Source: Candidatus Omnitrophota bacterium (GTDB lineage: Bacteria > Omnitrophota > Gorgyraeia > Zapsychrales > Fredricksoniimonadaceae). Taken from it: a stretch of DNA of 64,000 nucleotides. Under the pieces are notes generated by a model, which was not told the origin of the DNA, did not search any database, and was given only the letters and a program-made list of their open reading frames with translations. The translations under genes and the position numbers were made by a program. This document shows, one piece after another, positions 43,530 through 54,277 of the stretch. Numbering within the stretch: position 1 is the first letter of the stretch; each line of letters opens with the position of its first letter. The stretch is from NCBI GenBank assembly GCA_013285735.1, contig JABDGZ010000004.1, forward strand, positions 999 through 64,998, read 5' to 3'.

Positions 43530-43627
43530 AACTGTTTACCCCCCTATCATTTTATTAATTCATCCGTTCTATCTACCGTAGTTCCCCCAACTACTTTCGC
43601 CAACGGAAAAACGCGAAAGGAATTTTT

Positions 43628-43831
43628 GTGTCAAACAAACCTAAAAAAGAAGTATGGGATTTTCTAGCAAAATACTTTGGAGATTTGAGCAAAGCTATCA
43701 TAACCGTAGGCATTGCCAGTTACTTTTTCAAAGAATTACCATTGCCGTTAAGGATTATATCTGGCGCTATGGCTCTTGTATTCTTCATTATAGCTGTTAT
43801 AATATTAAATAATTTAGAAGGAGATAAATAA
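43628..43831 (+). CDS. small hydrophobic protein (67 aa, GTG start)
   Basis: AAAGGA RBS 7 nt before the GTG. One TM helix. Confidence 0.35.
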   Translation: MSNKPKKEVWDFLAKYFGDLSKAIITVGIASYFFKELPLPLRIISGAMALVFFIIAVIILNNLEGDK

Positions 43832-43949
43832 CTATGGTTGAACTCATCACATGCCTCATATTAGCATCTTTCGGTATATATGCCATATGGCTTCAAAATC
43901 GCGACAAAAAACATAAACACTCGCATTAAATCCCCAATTTCTCATTGCT

Positions 43950-44189
43950 ATGCCAAACTTAACCTTATACCATTTTGAAGCTTGTCCTTACTGTGCCAGA
44001 GTCCGTGACTTCTTAAATAAGGAAGGAATTAGTGTGCCGATGAAGGACACTCATGTAAACCCGGCATATCAGGAAGAACTGATTAAAATTGGCGGCAAGC
44101 CTCAAGTCCCATGCCTTGTTATCGACGGTAAAGCGCTTTATGAATCTTTAGATATCATCGAATGGTTTAAAAAGAATTACAAAAAATGA
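43950..44189 (+). CDS. grx: glutaredoxin (dithiol, CPYC)
   Basis: 79 aa with a CPYC active site in a thioredoxin fold. Confidence 0.8.
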   Translation: MPNLTLYHFEACPYCARVRDFLNKEGISVPMKDTHVNPAYQEELIKIGGKPQVPCLVIDGKALYESLDIIEWFKKNYKK

Positions 44190-44443
44190 CGACTGACGAA
44201 ATTAAACAACGCATCGAAACAGCCATCCCCGGATCTAATGCCTACGTACTTGATCCCATGAACGATGGGGCGCATTTGCAGGCTTTTGTTATCTCGCCTG
44301 CTTTTGAGGGCATGCCCGTGTTCAAACAACAACGCATGGTCATGGATGCCATTAAAGATATTTTTCAAATAGTCCATGCCTTAGGTTTGAAAACTTTTAC
44401 TCCAGCTAAATGGAGTGAAGTCAAAATTCAATACGGTTTTTAA
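44186..44443 (+). CDS. BolA/IbaG (YrbA)-like protein
   Basis: 85 aa between two glutaredoxin genes (overlapping the dithiol one by 4 bp), with a BolA-like fold motif. Confidence 0.65.
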   Translation: MTTDEIKQRIETAIPGSNAYVLDPMNDGAHLQAFVISPAFEGMPVFKQQRMVMDAIKDIFQIVHALGLKTFTPAKWSEVKIQYGF

Positions 44444-44458
44444 AATAGGAGTGAAATA

Positions 44459-44770
44459 ATGTTAACTGATCAATTACGCCAGGAAATCGAAAAAGATATC
44501 AAAAACAACAAAGTAGTGATTTTTATGAAAGGCACCGTCGATCAACCCCAATGCGGATTTTCCGGACGGGCCGTACAAACCCTGCAGTCTTACGGTGTGG
44601 CTGTCAAAGGCCATAATGTCCTAGCTTCAGAAGAACTGCGCCAAGGCATTAAAGAATTCACCAACTGGCCTACCATCCCCCAAATTTTCATTAACGGGGA
44701 ATTCGTAGGCGGCGCTGATATCCTCGCCGAAATGCATGAAAACGGTGAGTTAGCCCAACTGCTCAAATGA
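44459..44770 (+). CDS. grxD: monothiol glutaredoxin (Grx4/GrxD family)
   Basis: CGFS active site (QCGFSGRAVQ). 103 aa. Confidence 0.9.
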   Translation: MLTDQLRQEIEKDIKNNKVVIFMKGTVDQPQCGFSGRAVQTLQSYGVAVKGHNVLASEELRQGIKEFTNWPTIPQIFINGEFVGGADILAEMHENGELAQLLK

Positions 44771-44779
44771 CATAAGGAC

Positions 44780-44882
44780 ATGAGTTACGGAACGTAACTC
44801 ATAAGTCCGCATGTCATCCCCGAATGCTTCTGTCGGGGATCCAGTCATGTATTTCTGGATTCCCGCTTTCGCGGGAATGACA
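44780..44882. repeat. cluster of three consecutive palindromic elements in the grxD-ilvB spacer
   Basis: The three are ATGAGTTACG-gaa-CGTAACTCAT at 44780..44802, ATCCCCGA-n9-TCGGGGAT at 44816..44840, and a REP-family copy GGATTCCCGCTTTCGCGGGAATGACA at 44857..44882. Confidence 0.75.
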
Positions 44883-44948
44883 TTGAATAAGAATAAGCTT
44901 TGTGCTATTATATCCGCTTTACTGCGAGCTATCGCATTTCAATAACTT

Positions 44949-46715
44949 ATGACAACAAAGGAACAGGGAATCTTGACTAAAGAATCTGCAAAAATACTCA
45001 CTAAAAAAACTATCAACGGAGCGGAAGCTCTGATCAAGTGTTTGGAGAACTTTGGTGTCGAATACATCTGGGGCTTATCCGGCGGTGCCGCTATCCCTAT
45101 TTTCGATGCCTTGGTCGGCTCCAAGATCAAACTCATTTTGACCCGCCACGAACAAGGTGCCACCCACATGGCTGATGGCTATGCCCGCGTGACCGGCAAA
45201 CCTGGTGTGGTATTAGTGACCTCAGGCCCAGGTGCCACCAATACCGTCACTGGTATTCTAACTGCCATGATGGATTCAGTACCCATGATTGTGCTCACGG
45301 GTCAGACCATCACCTCGATGTTAGGTAAAGACGCTTTTCAGGAAGCTGACATTTCGGGTATCACCATGCCTGTGGTCAAGCACAGCTACTTGGTCAAAAA
45401 TACCAACGATATCCCTCGTATTATTAAAGAAGCCTGGCATATTACCCAGACCGGCCGGCCTGGTCCTGTACTGATTGATTTACCTAAAGATATTACCTCT
45501 GCCCCTTTTAGCGGAGAGAGCCTTGATCCGGAGATGGATATTCCGGGTTATAAAAAAGACACTCCCTCACCCCATAAAGCAGATATTGTCAAAATGGCCA
45601 AGCTTTTTAAAGGCAGTAAAAAGCCATTGCTGCTGGTGGGACATGGCGCCGTGCTTTCCTGTGCAGGTGCCGCGATTAAAAAATTAGCCGAAAAATTAGG
45701 CGCCCCTGTGACCAACACCCTTTTGGGCAAAGGTGAATTTCCTGAAACCCATCCCCTGTCTTTAGGCATGTTGGGAATGCACGGCACCGCTTATGCCAAT
45801 AAAGCTTTGGTCAACTGCGATTTGATCCTTTCTATCGGCTCACGCTGGGATGACCGCATTAACGGCAACAATAATGAATTTTGCGTAGGCGCTAAAAAAC
45901 TTCATATCGATGTGGATTTTTCAGAGATCAATAAGATCGTCAAACCTGATGCTTGGGTCTTGGGTAATGCCAAGGAAGTGGTGGAAGCATTAGTCAAGCT
46001 AGTACAACCCCTGGATACCAAGGAATGGCTTAAAGAATTGGAATATTATAAAACACAATTTCCACTCAAATATAGCAAAACCAATGGTTTGACCGCCCAA
46101 CAGGTTATTGATACCTGTTATAAAGTCACCAAAGGTAAAGCTATTGTCAGCACTGACGTGGGCCAGCATCAAATGTGGGCGGCCCAGTTCTATCTTTCTG
46201 ACAAAGGCAATTACTGGTTATCTTCAGGTGGCGCCGGGACCATGGGTTATGGTTTCCCCGCAGCTATTGGGGCTCAATTTGCCGCTCCCAAGGACTTGGT
46301 CGTTGCCATAGTGGGCGACGGTGGATTTCAGATGACTGCCTATGAATTATCGACGATTTTTATTCATAAATTGCCGGTTAAAATCCTGATCATTGATAAT
46401 AAATATTTAGGTATGGTGCGCCAATGGCAGGAATTATTCTTCGATAATCGTCTCTCTGGTGTGGATTTAGAAGGAAATCCTGATTTCGTGAAATTAGCTG
46501 AAGCCTATAGTATCAAGGGTTTTCATATGGATAAACCTGAGAATTGCGAAAAGGTGATGAAAGAGGCCATGGCTTATAAAGGCCCTTGCCTGATCCACGC
46601 AGAAGTTATCAAGGAAGATAATGTGTTTCCTATGATACCTGCTGGTAAATCAGCCTTTCATATGATCATAGAAAAACCTACTACAAAAATGGAAAAACCG
46701 TCAGGATCGACATAA
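44949..46715 (+). CDS. ilvB: acetolactate synthase large subunit
   Basis: 588 aa with TPP and FAD domains (GGAAIPIFDAL, GDGGFQM). Followed by the small subunit. Confidence 0.9.
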   Translation: MTTKEQGILTKESAKILTKKTINGAEALIKCLENFGVEYIWGLSGGAAIPIFDALVGSKIKLILTRHEQGATHMADGYARVTGKPGVVLVTSGPGATNTVTGILTAMMDSVPMIVLTGQTITSMLGKDAFQEADISGITMPVVKHSYLVKNTNDIPRIIKEAWHITQTGRPGPVLIDLPKDITSAPFSGESLDPEMDIPGYKKDTPSPHKADIVKMAKLFKGSKKPLLLVGHGAVLSCAGAAIKKLAEKLGAPVTNTLLGKGEFPETHPLSLGMLGMHGTAYANKALVNCDLILSIGSRWDDRINGNNNEFCVGAKKLHIDVDFSEINKIVKPDAWVLGNAKEVVEALVKLVQPLDTKEWLKELEYYKTQFPLKYSKTNGLTAQQVIDTCYKVTKGKAIVSTDVGQHQMWAAQFYLSDKGNYWLSSGGAGTMGYGFPAAIGAQFAAPKDLVVAIVGDGGFQMTAYELSTIFIHKLPVKILIIDNKYLGMVRQWQELFFDNRLSGVDLEGNPDFVKLAEAYSIKGFHMDKPENCEKVMKEAMAYKGPCLIHAEVIKEDNVFPMIPAGKSAFHMIIEKPTTKMEKPSGST

Positions 46716-46716
46716 T

Positions 46717-47211
46717 ATGGATAAACTTCCTTTACATACAATCAGTGTTTTAGTGGCTAATAAACCAGGCGTGCTGGTGCGCATTGCATTAGTATTCGCC
46801 CGTCGCGGCTATAATATTAATTCGCTGGTGGTCTCACCCACCATCAATCCTAAATATTCACGCATGACCATCACCGCCAAAGGTGATCTGGAAACATTGG
46901 AACAGATCATTAAAAACGTCAATAAACTCATTGATGTCATTCATTGCGAAGAACATCCTGCTAACACGGTAGAAAAAGAATTAGCCCTGCTTAAAACCAA
47001 GGCTTCCCCTGCAGTCAAAGCGTTTGTCACCAAGAACGCCCATAAATTCCACGTCCGTATCGATGACGCCTCTGAAGGCTGCTATATCATCGAACAGACC
47101 GGCACCACCCTTGAACTCGACGAGTTCGAGAGCTTAATCAAAAAATACGGCGTCCTGGAAATGGTACGCACCGGAAAAGTGCTTATTACCCGCGGACGGG
47201 AAGAGACTTAA
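46717..47211 (+). CDS. ilvN: acetolactate synthase small (regulatory, ACT-domain) subunit
   Basis: 164 aa with an ACT-domain N-terminus (ISVLVANKPGVLVRIALVFARRGYNI). Confidence 0.85.
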   Translation: MDKLPLHTISVLVANKPGVLVRIALVFARRGYNINSLVVSPTINPKYSRMTITAKGDLETLEQIIKNVNKLIDVIHCEEHPANTVEKELALLKTKASPAVKAFVTKNAHKFHVRIDDASEGCYIIEQTGTTLELDEFESLIKKYGVLEMVRTGKVLITRGREET

Positions 47212-49211
47212 ACTGCAGTTGTTATCCCAAGAAATCCCTTAAGATCTGTCATCGGCTTTATACTAATAATCACCGGCACAAAGCCCGGGGCGTTTCGAAG
47301 TTGTGCAAGCATAGCGGGATCAATGTGGAATTTGATTTCGCCGCCGTTATTCTGCGTCTGCAAATGCATGTTGGCAGGGGTTAAGTCGATACCACCTGTG
47401 CTTGATTCCTCCATTTGATGCATAGGTATAGTAGTATGCATCGCTGTATCAAATTTTAACAACACAAACTTCTCATCCTCAATACTGTTATATTGATCCT
47501 CCCCAAACATAGCTGTAAATTTCCCCCAAGAATCCATATGTTGAGGATGAACTTTGACCTTTGTACCATTAACATAAACTGGAAGCTTTTTGACAGTCTT
47601 GTCATTGTCAAAATTAAAAGCTCCATCTAAATCCCGAGGTAAAACCACCCCCTCCAATCCTAAGTTTCCTGCTAACTCATTTAACCCTTTAAGAAGATTT
47701 GTCAACAATTCCTCTCCATCTAAAGAAGCAGATTGAATCGTATCTACTACTAATACTTTTTTACCATCCTTTGTCTCTCCTTTCATCAAACCAACATAGC
47801 CCTTTAATTCTTTACCCTTATAAACAAAATAATACATCGTATCTTCGTGCATGGCCCTGGTAAATGCATACCCCTTATCCCTATCCATATCAAAAGAACA
47901 ATCCATAATTCCAGCTCTCCCTCTGAATACACCCAAAAATCCTTGTGGAACCAGCGAATAACCCTCCCCACCTTTGACCTTGATCACTTTGACTTTAGCT
48001 ATCTCCTCATATACATCGGCTGATAATTGTTCGAAACTCTCCGTAAGACCTTTAATGCTCTCTACCTTTACCCCTATGGCAGCCATCGGAAGATGTCTTT
48101 TGTAATCTTCGTAAAAACTCTTAAACGCTTCAATTTTTTCATCTATCTGTTCTGACTGAAGCTGTCGCACCAACCCTTCGTCTAACAAACTTTCAGCAAT
48201 GATTAAATTTCTCATTAAGACCAAACATCTTTCTGAATGCTCTCCTATGTATTTATCATAGGTTATTTTAAAAACCGTATTGTAGAATTCTTTCTTTTTT
48301 GATAATAATTCCTCTCTCATTACCATTTCTGATGGAAATGGAATACTAAATCTGTCCTTATCCGTAATAATTCCTTCGCGAATAGCTTCGTTTCTTTTAA
48401 AATTCCAATAAATATTACTTAATTTTAATTTTTTATCCCCTTCAAAATTCTCTAATAACCAATTAAAGCTATCTACCTCTGCCTGAATGCCCAACAATTT
48501 ATAAAGATGAGCATCAAACACCTCCCCATCGACATCCTCGACGACTTTATTTTCATACTCTGTAGCGCTAACGTTTAATACTCCCAAGCCTTTGGTTTTA
48601 TTAAAAAGCATTTGCCAGTATCCGGGATTCTTTTTATCAAATTTAATTAACTCACCTATCCTTTCTTCAAATTCATCCCTTGTCAAAACTATCCCGCTAC
48701 TCCTGACAGCCACGTATGCAAACCATAATTTCTTGGGATCATTATAATCAAAACCATTCTCTATTACTTGATGTGCTTCTCTTTTTATTTGTTCAACAAA
48801 TCTAACAGGATCACTACTATCCCAAAAAGACTCAAAAATTTCTTCTTCATATGGAAAATTTTCTTTAATCCATAAAGAATATCTCATAAAACCCTCTGGC
48901 GAGAAATTCTTTTCCTCGATCATTCTGGGATATACAAAACTCAAAACATTAAGAATTGCATGCCTTGCATCTGTACCCCACTCTGAATTTAAACGCTTTT
49001 CTAGATCTTCTGATGTTAAATATCCCTGCTCGACCATTTTTAAATACAGGGGACCCAAAGCATCAACGATTTCATCTCTAACGGAACTATACTCTCTAGT
49101 ATCAAGGAGTTTTTCTAAGACTTCTATAGGCACCCTCTCTCCTCGCTCTGCCCTCCATAGGTATAACTTGCTAAGAGCTTTGATGATTGCTTTCTGTGAA
49201 TCAGAATACAT
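47208..49211 (-). CDS. large protein of unknown function, 667 aa. It has no signal peptide and carries the shared C-terminal module.
   Basis: C-terminus STGGIDLTPANMHLQTQNNGGEIKFHIDPAMLAQLRNAPGFVPVIISIKPMTDLKGFLGITTAV. The coding sequence is AT-rich. Confidence 0.7.
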   Translation of the reverse strand: MYSDSQKAIIKALSKLYLWRAERGERVPIEVLEKLLDTREYSSVRDEIVDALGPLYLKMVEQGYLTSEDLEKRLNSEWGTDARHAILNVLSFVYPRMIEEKNFSPEGFMRYSLWIKENFPYEEEIFESFWDSSDPVRFVEQIKREAHQVIENGFDYNDPKKLWFAYVAVRSSGIVLTRDEFEERIGELIKFDKKNPGYWQMLFNKTKGLGVLNVSATEYENKVVEDVDGEVFDAHLYKLLGIQAEVDSFNWLLENFEGDKKLKLSNIYWNFKRNEAIREGIITDKDRFSIPFPSEMVMREELLSKKKEFYNTVFKITYDKYIGEHSERCLVLMRNLIIAESLLDEGLVRQLQSEQIDEKIEAFKSFYEDYKRHLPMAAIGVKVESIKGLTESFEQLSADVYEEIAKVKVIKVKGGEGYSLVPQGFLGVFRGRAGIMDCSFDMDRDKGYAFTRAMHEDTMYYFVYKGKELKGYVGLMKGETKDGKKVLVVDTIQSASLDGEELLTNLLKGLNELAGNLGLEGVVLPRDLDGAFNFDNDKTVKKLPVYVNGTKVKVHPQHMDSWGKFTAMFGEDQYNSIEDEKFVLLKFDTAMHTTIPMHQMEESSTGGIDLTPANMHLQTQNNGGEIKFHIDPAMLAQLRNAPGFVPVIISIKPMTDLKGFLGITTAV

Positions 49212-49262
49212 GTATCCGTCAGATAAATACAGGTATAGGTAATCATTGGAATGATATAAAAT

Positions 49263-52200
49263 TTAATTATTGTGGAACTGTTGAGGAGATTTAGATGTCA
49301 ATCCCAAAAATATCCTAATGTTTCTCATTGGCTGAATATTAATAATAACTGGTATAAAACCATGGGCATTTTGTAATTGTTTAAGCAAGACAAGATTAAG
49401 ATGAAATTTAATTTCACCATTACTATATTGAATTTGAAGATTCATATTCTCAGGAGTTAAGTCAATACCACCATAATTTGGATTGTTTAATTGTGCAACA
49501 TAATTATTACCAACGTTTTGAGGTCGCTGTGACCATAAACTTAATTCTCTAATCATAGGTGGGGTTAAAGAATAATCCCACCTTCTGTCGTTCACACGAT
49601 CACGAACATCCACGCTTAAATATGTGAACTGCTCAACCTTAACTTGATTTTCATCAAGCAAATGGATAGTCTGTCTCAAAGTTGATTCTGCCCATTGGGG
49701 GGTAGCCCCATAAGGACCGCTGGATGGAATTCCAGCTTCTGGAAACACCCAAGGCTTACTAACATAGGTTTTTGATACGCGCTTAATATAATCAAATGTT
49801 TCATCTTTGTTTAAAGGAGTTAAATATAAATCAAAACCAAATGCATCAAAACTATTTAAATTCGGGCGATAGTTTTCTCCGTACTTATTCATCTGAGTGT
49901 AAACAATTCTAAAGTTTAAACCATTTTCTTGGCCCAAACGTCTTAAATATGCAGATGTATCCTCAAATCTTTTCTTATAGGCATTATATGCCACTTCAGT
50001 CCATCTCTTTCCATTAGGAGTTCCATCCTCAGTGCCATAAGACATATTATCTGGCTCCGATGCTACTCGGATATAAATAGTGTCATTTTTATCAAAACCT
50101 GCGTCTTTAAATTTTTGCACCATAAAATCAATTTCTTTTTGATCAATCGTTTCCAAGCCTATAAATGGTGCGACTCCCATACCTCTTAAACGGTTCAATT
50201 CATTAACATTCCAAACAGCAAAATTTGAAGCCCCGGTGCTTGAAGGAACATCATGATTCCAATAATACATAAGAGCTTGATGAGAAAAAACTCCTTTTTG
50301 CCTTCCATATGCAATGGTCTTAAAATATTGATCAACTGTAAAATTAGGAAGATAATCGGAGTACGCCCCAACCGGTTTATCAATCTTATTTTCTGGTTGA
50401 GGAGCAAAAGATACTGTTTCGGTACCTTCTTTACTATCAACTTGAAAAAACGAAACGCTCGGTGGTTTATTTTCAAATGTTGGAGCTACCTTATTATGTG
50501 CATATGCTTGAGGCATCATGAAAAGTGCACTAACCCCCAATGTTAAAGCTATGGCGGTTGCCAATGTTCTTTTAGGAGTGAATAATCTTTGTACCAAGGA
50601 TTGTACGAAAGGAACAGATGGGTTTCTTCTAGAAGGTTTTGAGGGGACCTTAATGGGAGACGCGGTACTCGTTTTAACAGCCATTGTAGGTTCAACCGCT
50701 ACAACCGGACTACTTGGTACTTGTATATTACTGCTAAGTGCAAAGATATTTTGAACTTCCTGAATTGTTTCCAACCTACCCGTATATGCCGCTGATATCA
50801 ATCTAATCTTTATTCCTAACGGAAGGCCTCCGGTCTTTTCATCCTTTTTTAAATCATCATCACTAATCCCAAGGCTATCCTGAATACCCTTGATCGTTTG
50901 ATCAAACATTTCTTCCTTCTGAGAAACCATTACTCCATTCCTGTTAACTTTTTTTGCTAAAGATACGTACAATGCTGCTGTTAATATTCTTTGTTTCTGT
51001 ACATAATCTAAATTTTGAATATTAATACCAAATCTATTTTCTACATCGCTGATAAACCTTCCCCAAGCTGCATATGTCGTCTCACCCGATATTTTGTCAA
51101 CAACAGTTAAAAGTTGTCTTTTAGCTGTAGGCCTAAGATTTTCAAAATCGATCCCATATTTAGTAGAAAAATCTCTTAGAATTTTTCCCATAACTCTTAT
51201 ACGCTCATCAGTCACCCTATCATTATGAACTTTTGAAGCAATGATGTTACCAACTTTTGCTTTTAATTTCCTATTCTTATTCCCTTTCAAAATTTCTGCT
51301 AAAGAATTTTCAACATCAGCTCTTTCAGTCTGCTCTGTGATCAACATTGCCCTATCTGGTGAAAGCATCGCCCCATCAGCACCATGCGAATCTGAAGTAA
51401 CTTCAAAATTAGGAATCTCTAAATTAGAATCCCCTTTTTGAAATAATGCCAAAAACGCTCCTCCTGAGAAATATTTCCTTGGTATAGTCTCTTGCGTTAC
51501 AGGATCAACATCTTCTTTGATGTAGTTATACACACCCTTCTTAAAAGCCTTAAGATATCGCTGATAAATTTCTTCTTTCTCCTGTGGGTTATCAATATTG
51601 ACTCCAGCGACCTTGTTCTTATCCGCGTATACCTGTGATAATATGCTTTCTTTGATTTTTTTCTTATACCATGTAGCTAAAATGAGCGAACTATATACCT
51701 GACGTAGTTGGGCGAAATTCTTATCTTCATTAACTTCTTTTTTTAATTCAGGAATAATTATCTCGCGTACGATCTGGCTGCCTAATTGGTTAGTATCTTT
51801 TGCTTGTGTCTGCCGAGATTGGATTCCTTCATGTTTGGTCAATGACAGATAATCTTGCTCTAACATTACTTTTAGTTTTGATTCGACTACATAAGCCGTG
51901 CCTGCTTTTGTATTCTCATAAACTACCGCTTTTTCAGGTACTATCCAAACCTTGTTAAAGGTATTCACCGGAACATTGGTTGTCCCAAATTTTTTAGCGG
52001 CTTCTTCGTAGATTCGCTTCCAGAATTTCTTTCCAATCGTATCTTCAGGGTAAATCAAGCTGGCTGTTATTTGCTTGAGCATATAATCTTCGGCCAACAG
52101 GTCTCGCCCCATCTCAGTAAGCCCAAAGCTATTAGGAATAATACGATCCTTTTCATACGGGGAAAGATTGACCCAAAGGTCTTTCTCAGGGATGGTCAAA

Positions 52201-52474
52201 GAGGCAAGGAAATATTTAATCAGTTTGCTAGATTCATCTTTAAGCTGGCCATTGCTTAATTCACCATCTCCTTTATCTAGAATAAAGTCAAATCTAAACG
52301 GGTTATCAGGATGAACCTTGATTCCTTTAAGAATCGGTGGATCAAATGGAGGACTTAAATGAACCATGACCCCAGGCGTAGGCAAATAATAATCTTGGGC
52401 TTGGGCTAAGGGCATGGGGCCAAAGGAATTAATCAAGAAGGCTACAAGAATAAGGATTAATAGGGATTTTCTCA
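49263..52474 (-). CDS. large protein of unknown function, about 1070 aa. It has a signal peptide, an N-domain paralogous to the 854-aa protein, an internal signal-peptide-like segment, a possible TIM-barrel hydrolase-like region and the shared C-terminal module.
   Basis: I chose the start at Met 52474 (MRKSLLILILVAFLINSFGPMPLAQAQ, a Sec signal). The ORF track starts 13 codons upstream. The C-terminus is YGGIDLTPENMNLQIQYSNGEIKFHLNLVLLKQLQNAHGFIPVIINIQPMRNIRIFLGL. Confidence 0.7.
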
Positions 52475-52667
52475 TCTTAATATAAATATACCATGCATTT
52501 GATAGTAAAAACAAGGGTTGGTGGGAAACTGGCTGGGAATGATACCATAGATCGTTACCCCCCTGCTTGTGAGAAAGTTGAGAAGATCTTATGTGTGAGC
52601 GAAAAAGTCTTTAAGAAGATTCAAAGGGATTTTGAGAGATTTGGTATCAAGGTGGGAAACTGGCCTT

Positions 52668-54224
52668 TTAGGCTTTTTGCCATCTGTCAGGAAGAAGTTC
52701 CTCTAGTCGTGAGATTGGATGGGACTGAATTCTTTGTAAAACGTCTTTCAAATAAGTCCACGTATTGATCTTATTTTTGCGGCAAGTGGCGGTAAAGGTC
52801 ATGAGTATCGCAGCTGTATGACCACCTTTTTCACTTCCAACAAAAAGCCAATTTTTGCGTCCTAAGGCTATTGGACGTATGGCATTTTCAGCAAGATTAT
52901 TGTCTATCGGTAATCGGCCATCTTGAAGATAAGCATTAAGTTCTTTCCAAAGGCCAAGCGTGTAATTAATGGCCAGACGCATGGGTGATTGTGGTAAATG
53001 TCCGGGAAGATGTTCTTCAAGTTTATTTTTAATTTTATCTAATAACACCCTAGATTCTTTTAACCGGAGAGCATGCCTATCTTTTGGGCTTAAGAATTTA
53101 GCATCAGATTCAACATGATACAATTTGGCGATTAGCACCAGTACTTCAGTTGCTGCGCGTGGTGATGTTTTTTCAGCGTCTAGAAAATACCGCCTTGCAT
53201 GCGCCCAACAGGCTAAATGGGTTACGATGTGAGCGGTGGTTTCCTCTGTGGTAGGAGGTTTTCCTAATCCGCTATAGCCAGCATAGGCATCGGACATAAA
53301 AAATCCTTTGTAATCTTTAAAGAATTCCAATGGACCTTCTTTACAGCGGTTTATTGTAAAATTGTACAGTGCATATTTGAAGTTTTCAGCTCCAACTGTT
53401 GCCCACATCCTTGCTGTCTGTATCCCTTTGTTCGGGCCATCTCGCATGTCCACCGGGGTGTCATCATTGCCTACAATGCCGTGTTCAAAGATTTTATTGC
53501 GCTTTAGATCATATAAAGGGGTAAGTGCTAAGGCGCATCCATACATCCAATCAGCCATGGTTTGGCGGCTGATATTTACACCTTCTCGTTTAAGTTTCTC
53601 TTCAATCCTGTACAAAGGGGTATGATATTCAAACTTCTCCGTGATCACATAGGCTAAAAGACCAGCATCTGCTTCACAGCGTTCAATAGGGCCTTCCGGT
53701 GTGGGATGCTGTTTAACACCACAGCCATCACAGCGACTATCCCCACAAGCATACTTGGGTCTCACATAGCTATTGACCAACAGGGATGAGGGGTGGTAAT
53801 CAAGGCGTTCGGTTATATCATCGCCGATATGAACAAGCTTCTTGCCGCAGCCACAGACTTTTTTCTCTTCATGGACATCTAAAACATGTTCAACACGCTT
53901 AAGATGCTCTGGTAATTTCTGACGGCCATGATGATTACGCACATGTGCTGTTACCGCCGTTGTTGTCTCAAGCAGGGGATCTTCTGCCTTTGGGGCAGTA
54001 TTCTTGTCTACTTCTAGGATAAGTTCTTGCATAAGCAGTTGATTGGGGTCAAGTTTTTCACTGCTTCGGCCATACAGACGTTTTATCAAGCCTTCTAATT
54101 GGTGCTGCTGTTTAAGGATTGTATTTTGGAGGGTTTCTACAAGTGCTTCGAGTTGTTGGTTTTGTTCTTTTAGGTATGTATTTTCTTCAGCAGGAGTTGA
54201 GAAAGTAAGCGTCGTCGATACCAT
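52668..54224 (-). CDS. tnpC: IS66 family transposase TnpC
   Basis: N-terminal leucine zipper, then a zinc-finger region CGCGKKLVHIGDDITERLDYHPSSLLVNSYVRPKYAC, and a DDE core. Confidence 0.85.
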   Translation of the reverse strand: MVSTTLTFSTPAEENTYLKEQNQQLEALVETLQNTILKQQHQLEGLIKRLYGRSSEKLDPNQLLMQELILEVDKNTAPKAEDPLLETTTAVTAHVRNHHGRQKLPEHLKRVEHVLDVHEEKKVCGCGKKLVHIGDDITERLDYHPSSLLVNSYVRPKYACGDSRCDGCGVKQHPTPEGPIERCEADAGLLAYVITEKFEYHTPLYRIEEKLKREGVNISRQTMADWMYGCALALTPLYDLKRNKIFEHGIVGNDDTPVDMRDGPNKGIQTARMWATVGAENFKYALYNFTINRCKEGPLEFFKDYKGFFMSDAYAGYSGLGKPPTTEETTAHIVTHLACWAHARRYFLDAEKTSPRAATEVLVLIAKLYHVESDAKFLSPKDRHALRLKESRVLLDKIKNKLEEHLPGHLPQSPMRLAINYTLGLWKELNAYLQDGRLPIDNNLAENAIRPIALGRKNWLFVGSEKGGHTAAILMTFTATCRKNKINTWTYLKDVLQRIQSHPISRLEELLPDRWQKA

Positions 54225-54277
54225 TAGATTTATATTAGCACTTATCGTCGGTGAATCAAGATATTTATTAGATATTT

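Noticed and set aside
43834-43929. 31-aa hydrophobic ORF (MVELITCLILASFGIYAIWLQNRDKKHKHSH) right after the 67-aa small membrane ORF
   Set aside because: It is too short. Support is only a plausible start 2 nt after the preceding stop. It could be a real micro-protein, but the evidence is insufficient to call it.
50195-50754. Cluster of 78-97-aa ORFs on both strands inside the 1070-aa gene
   Set aside because: They overlap the main ORF in alternative frames. One of them is simply the antisense of the internal hydrophobic segment. They are products of the AT-rich composition.
52493-52768. 91-aa + ORF spanning the left IS66 border
   Set aside because: It runs from flanking DNA into the 3' end of tnpC on the opposite strand, so it is not a believable gene as it stands. 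It is mentioned in the findings only as a possible remnant of a disrupted 5' region.
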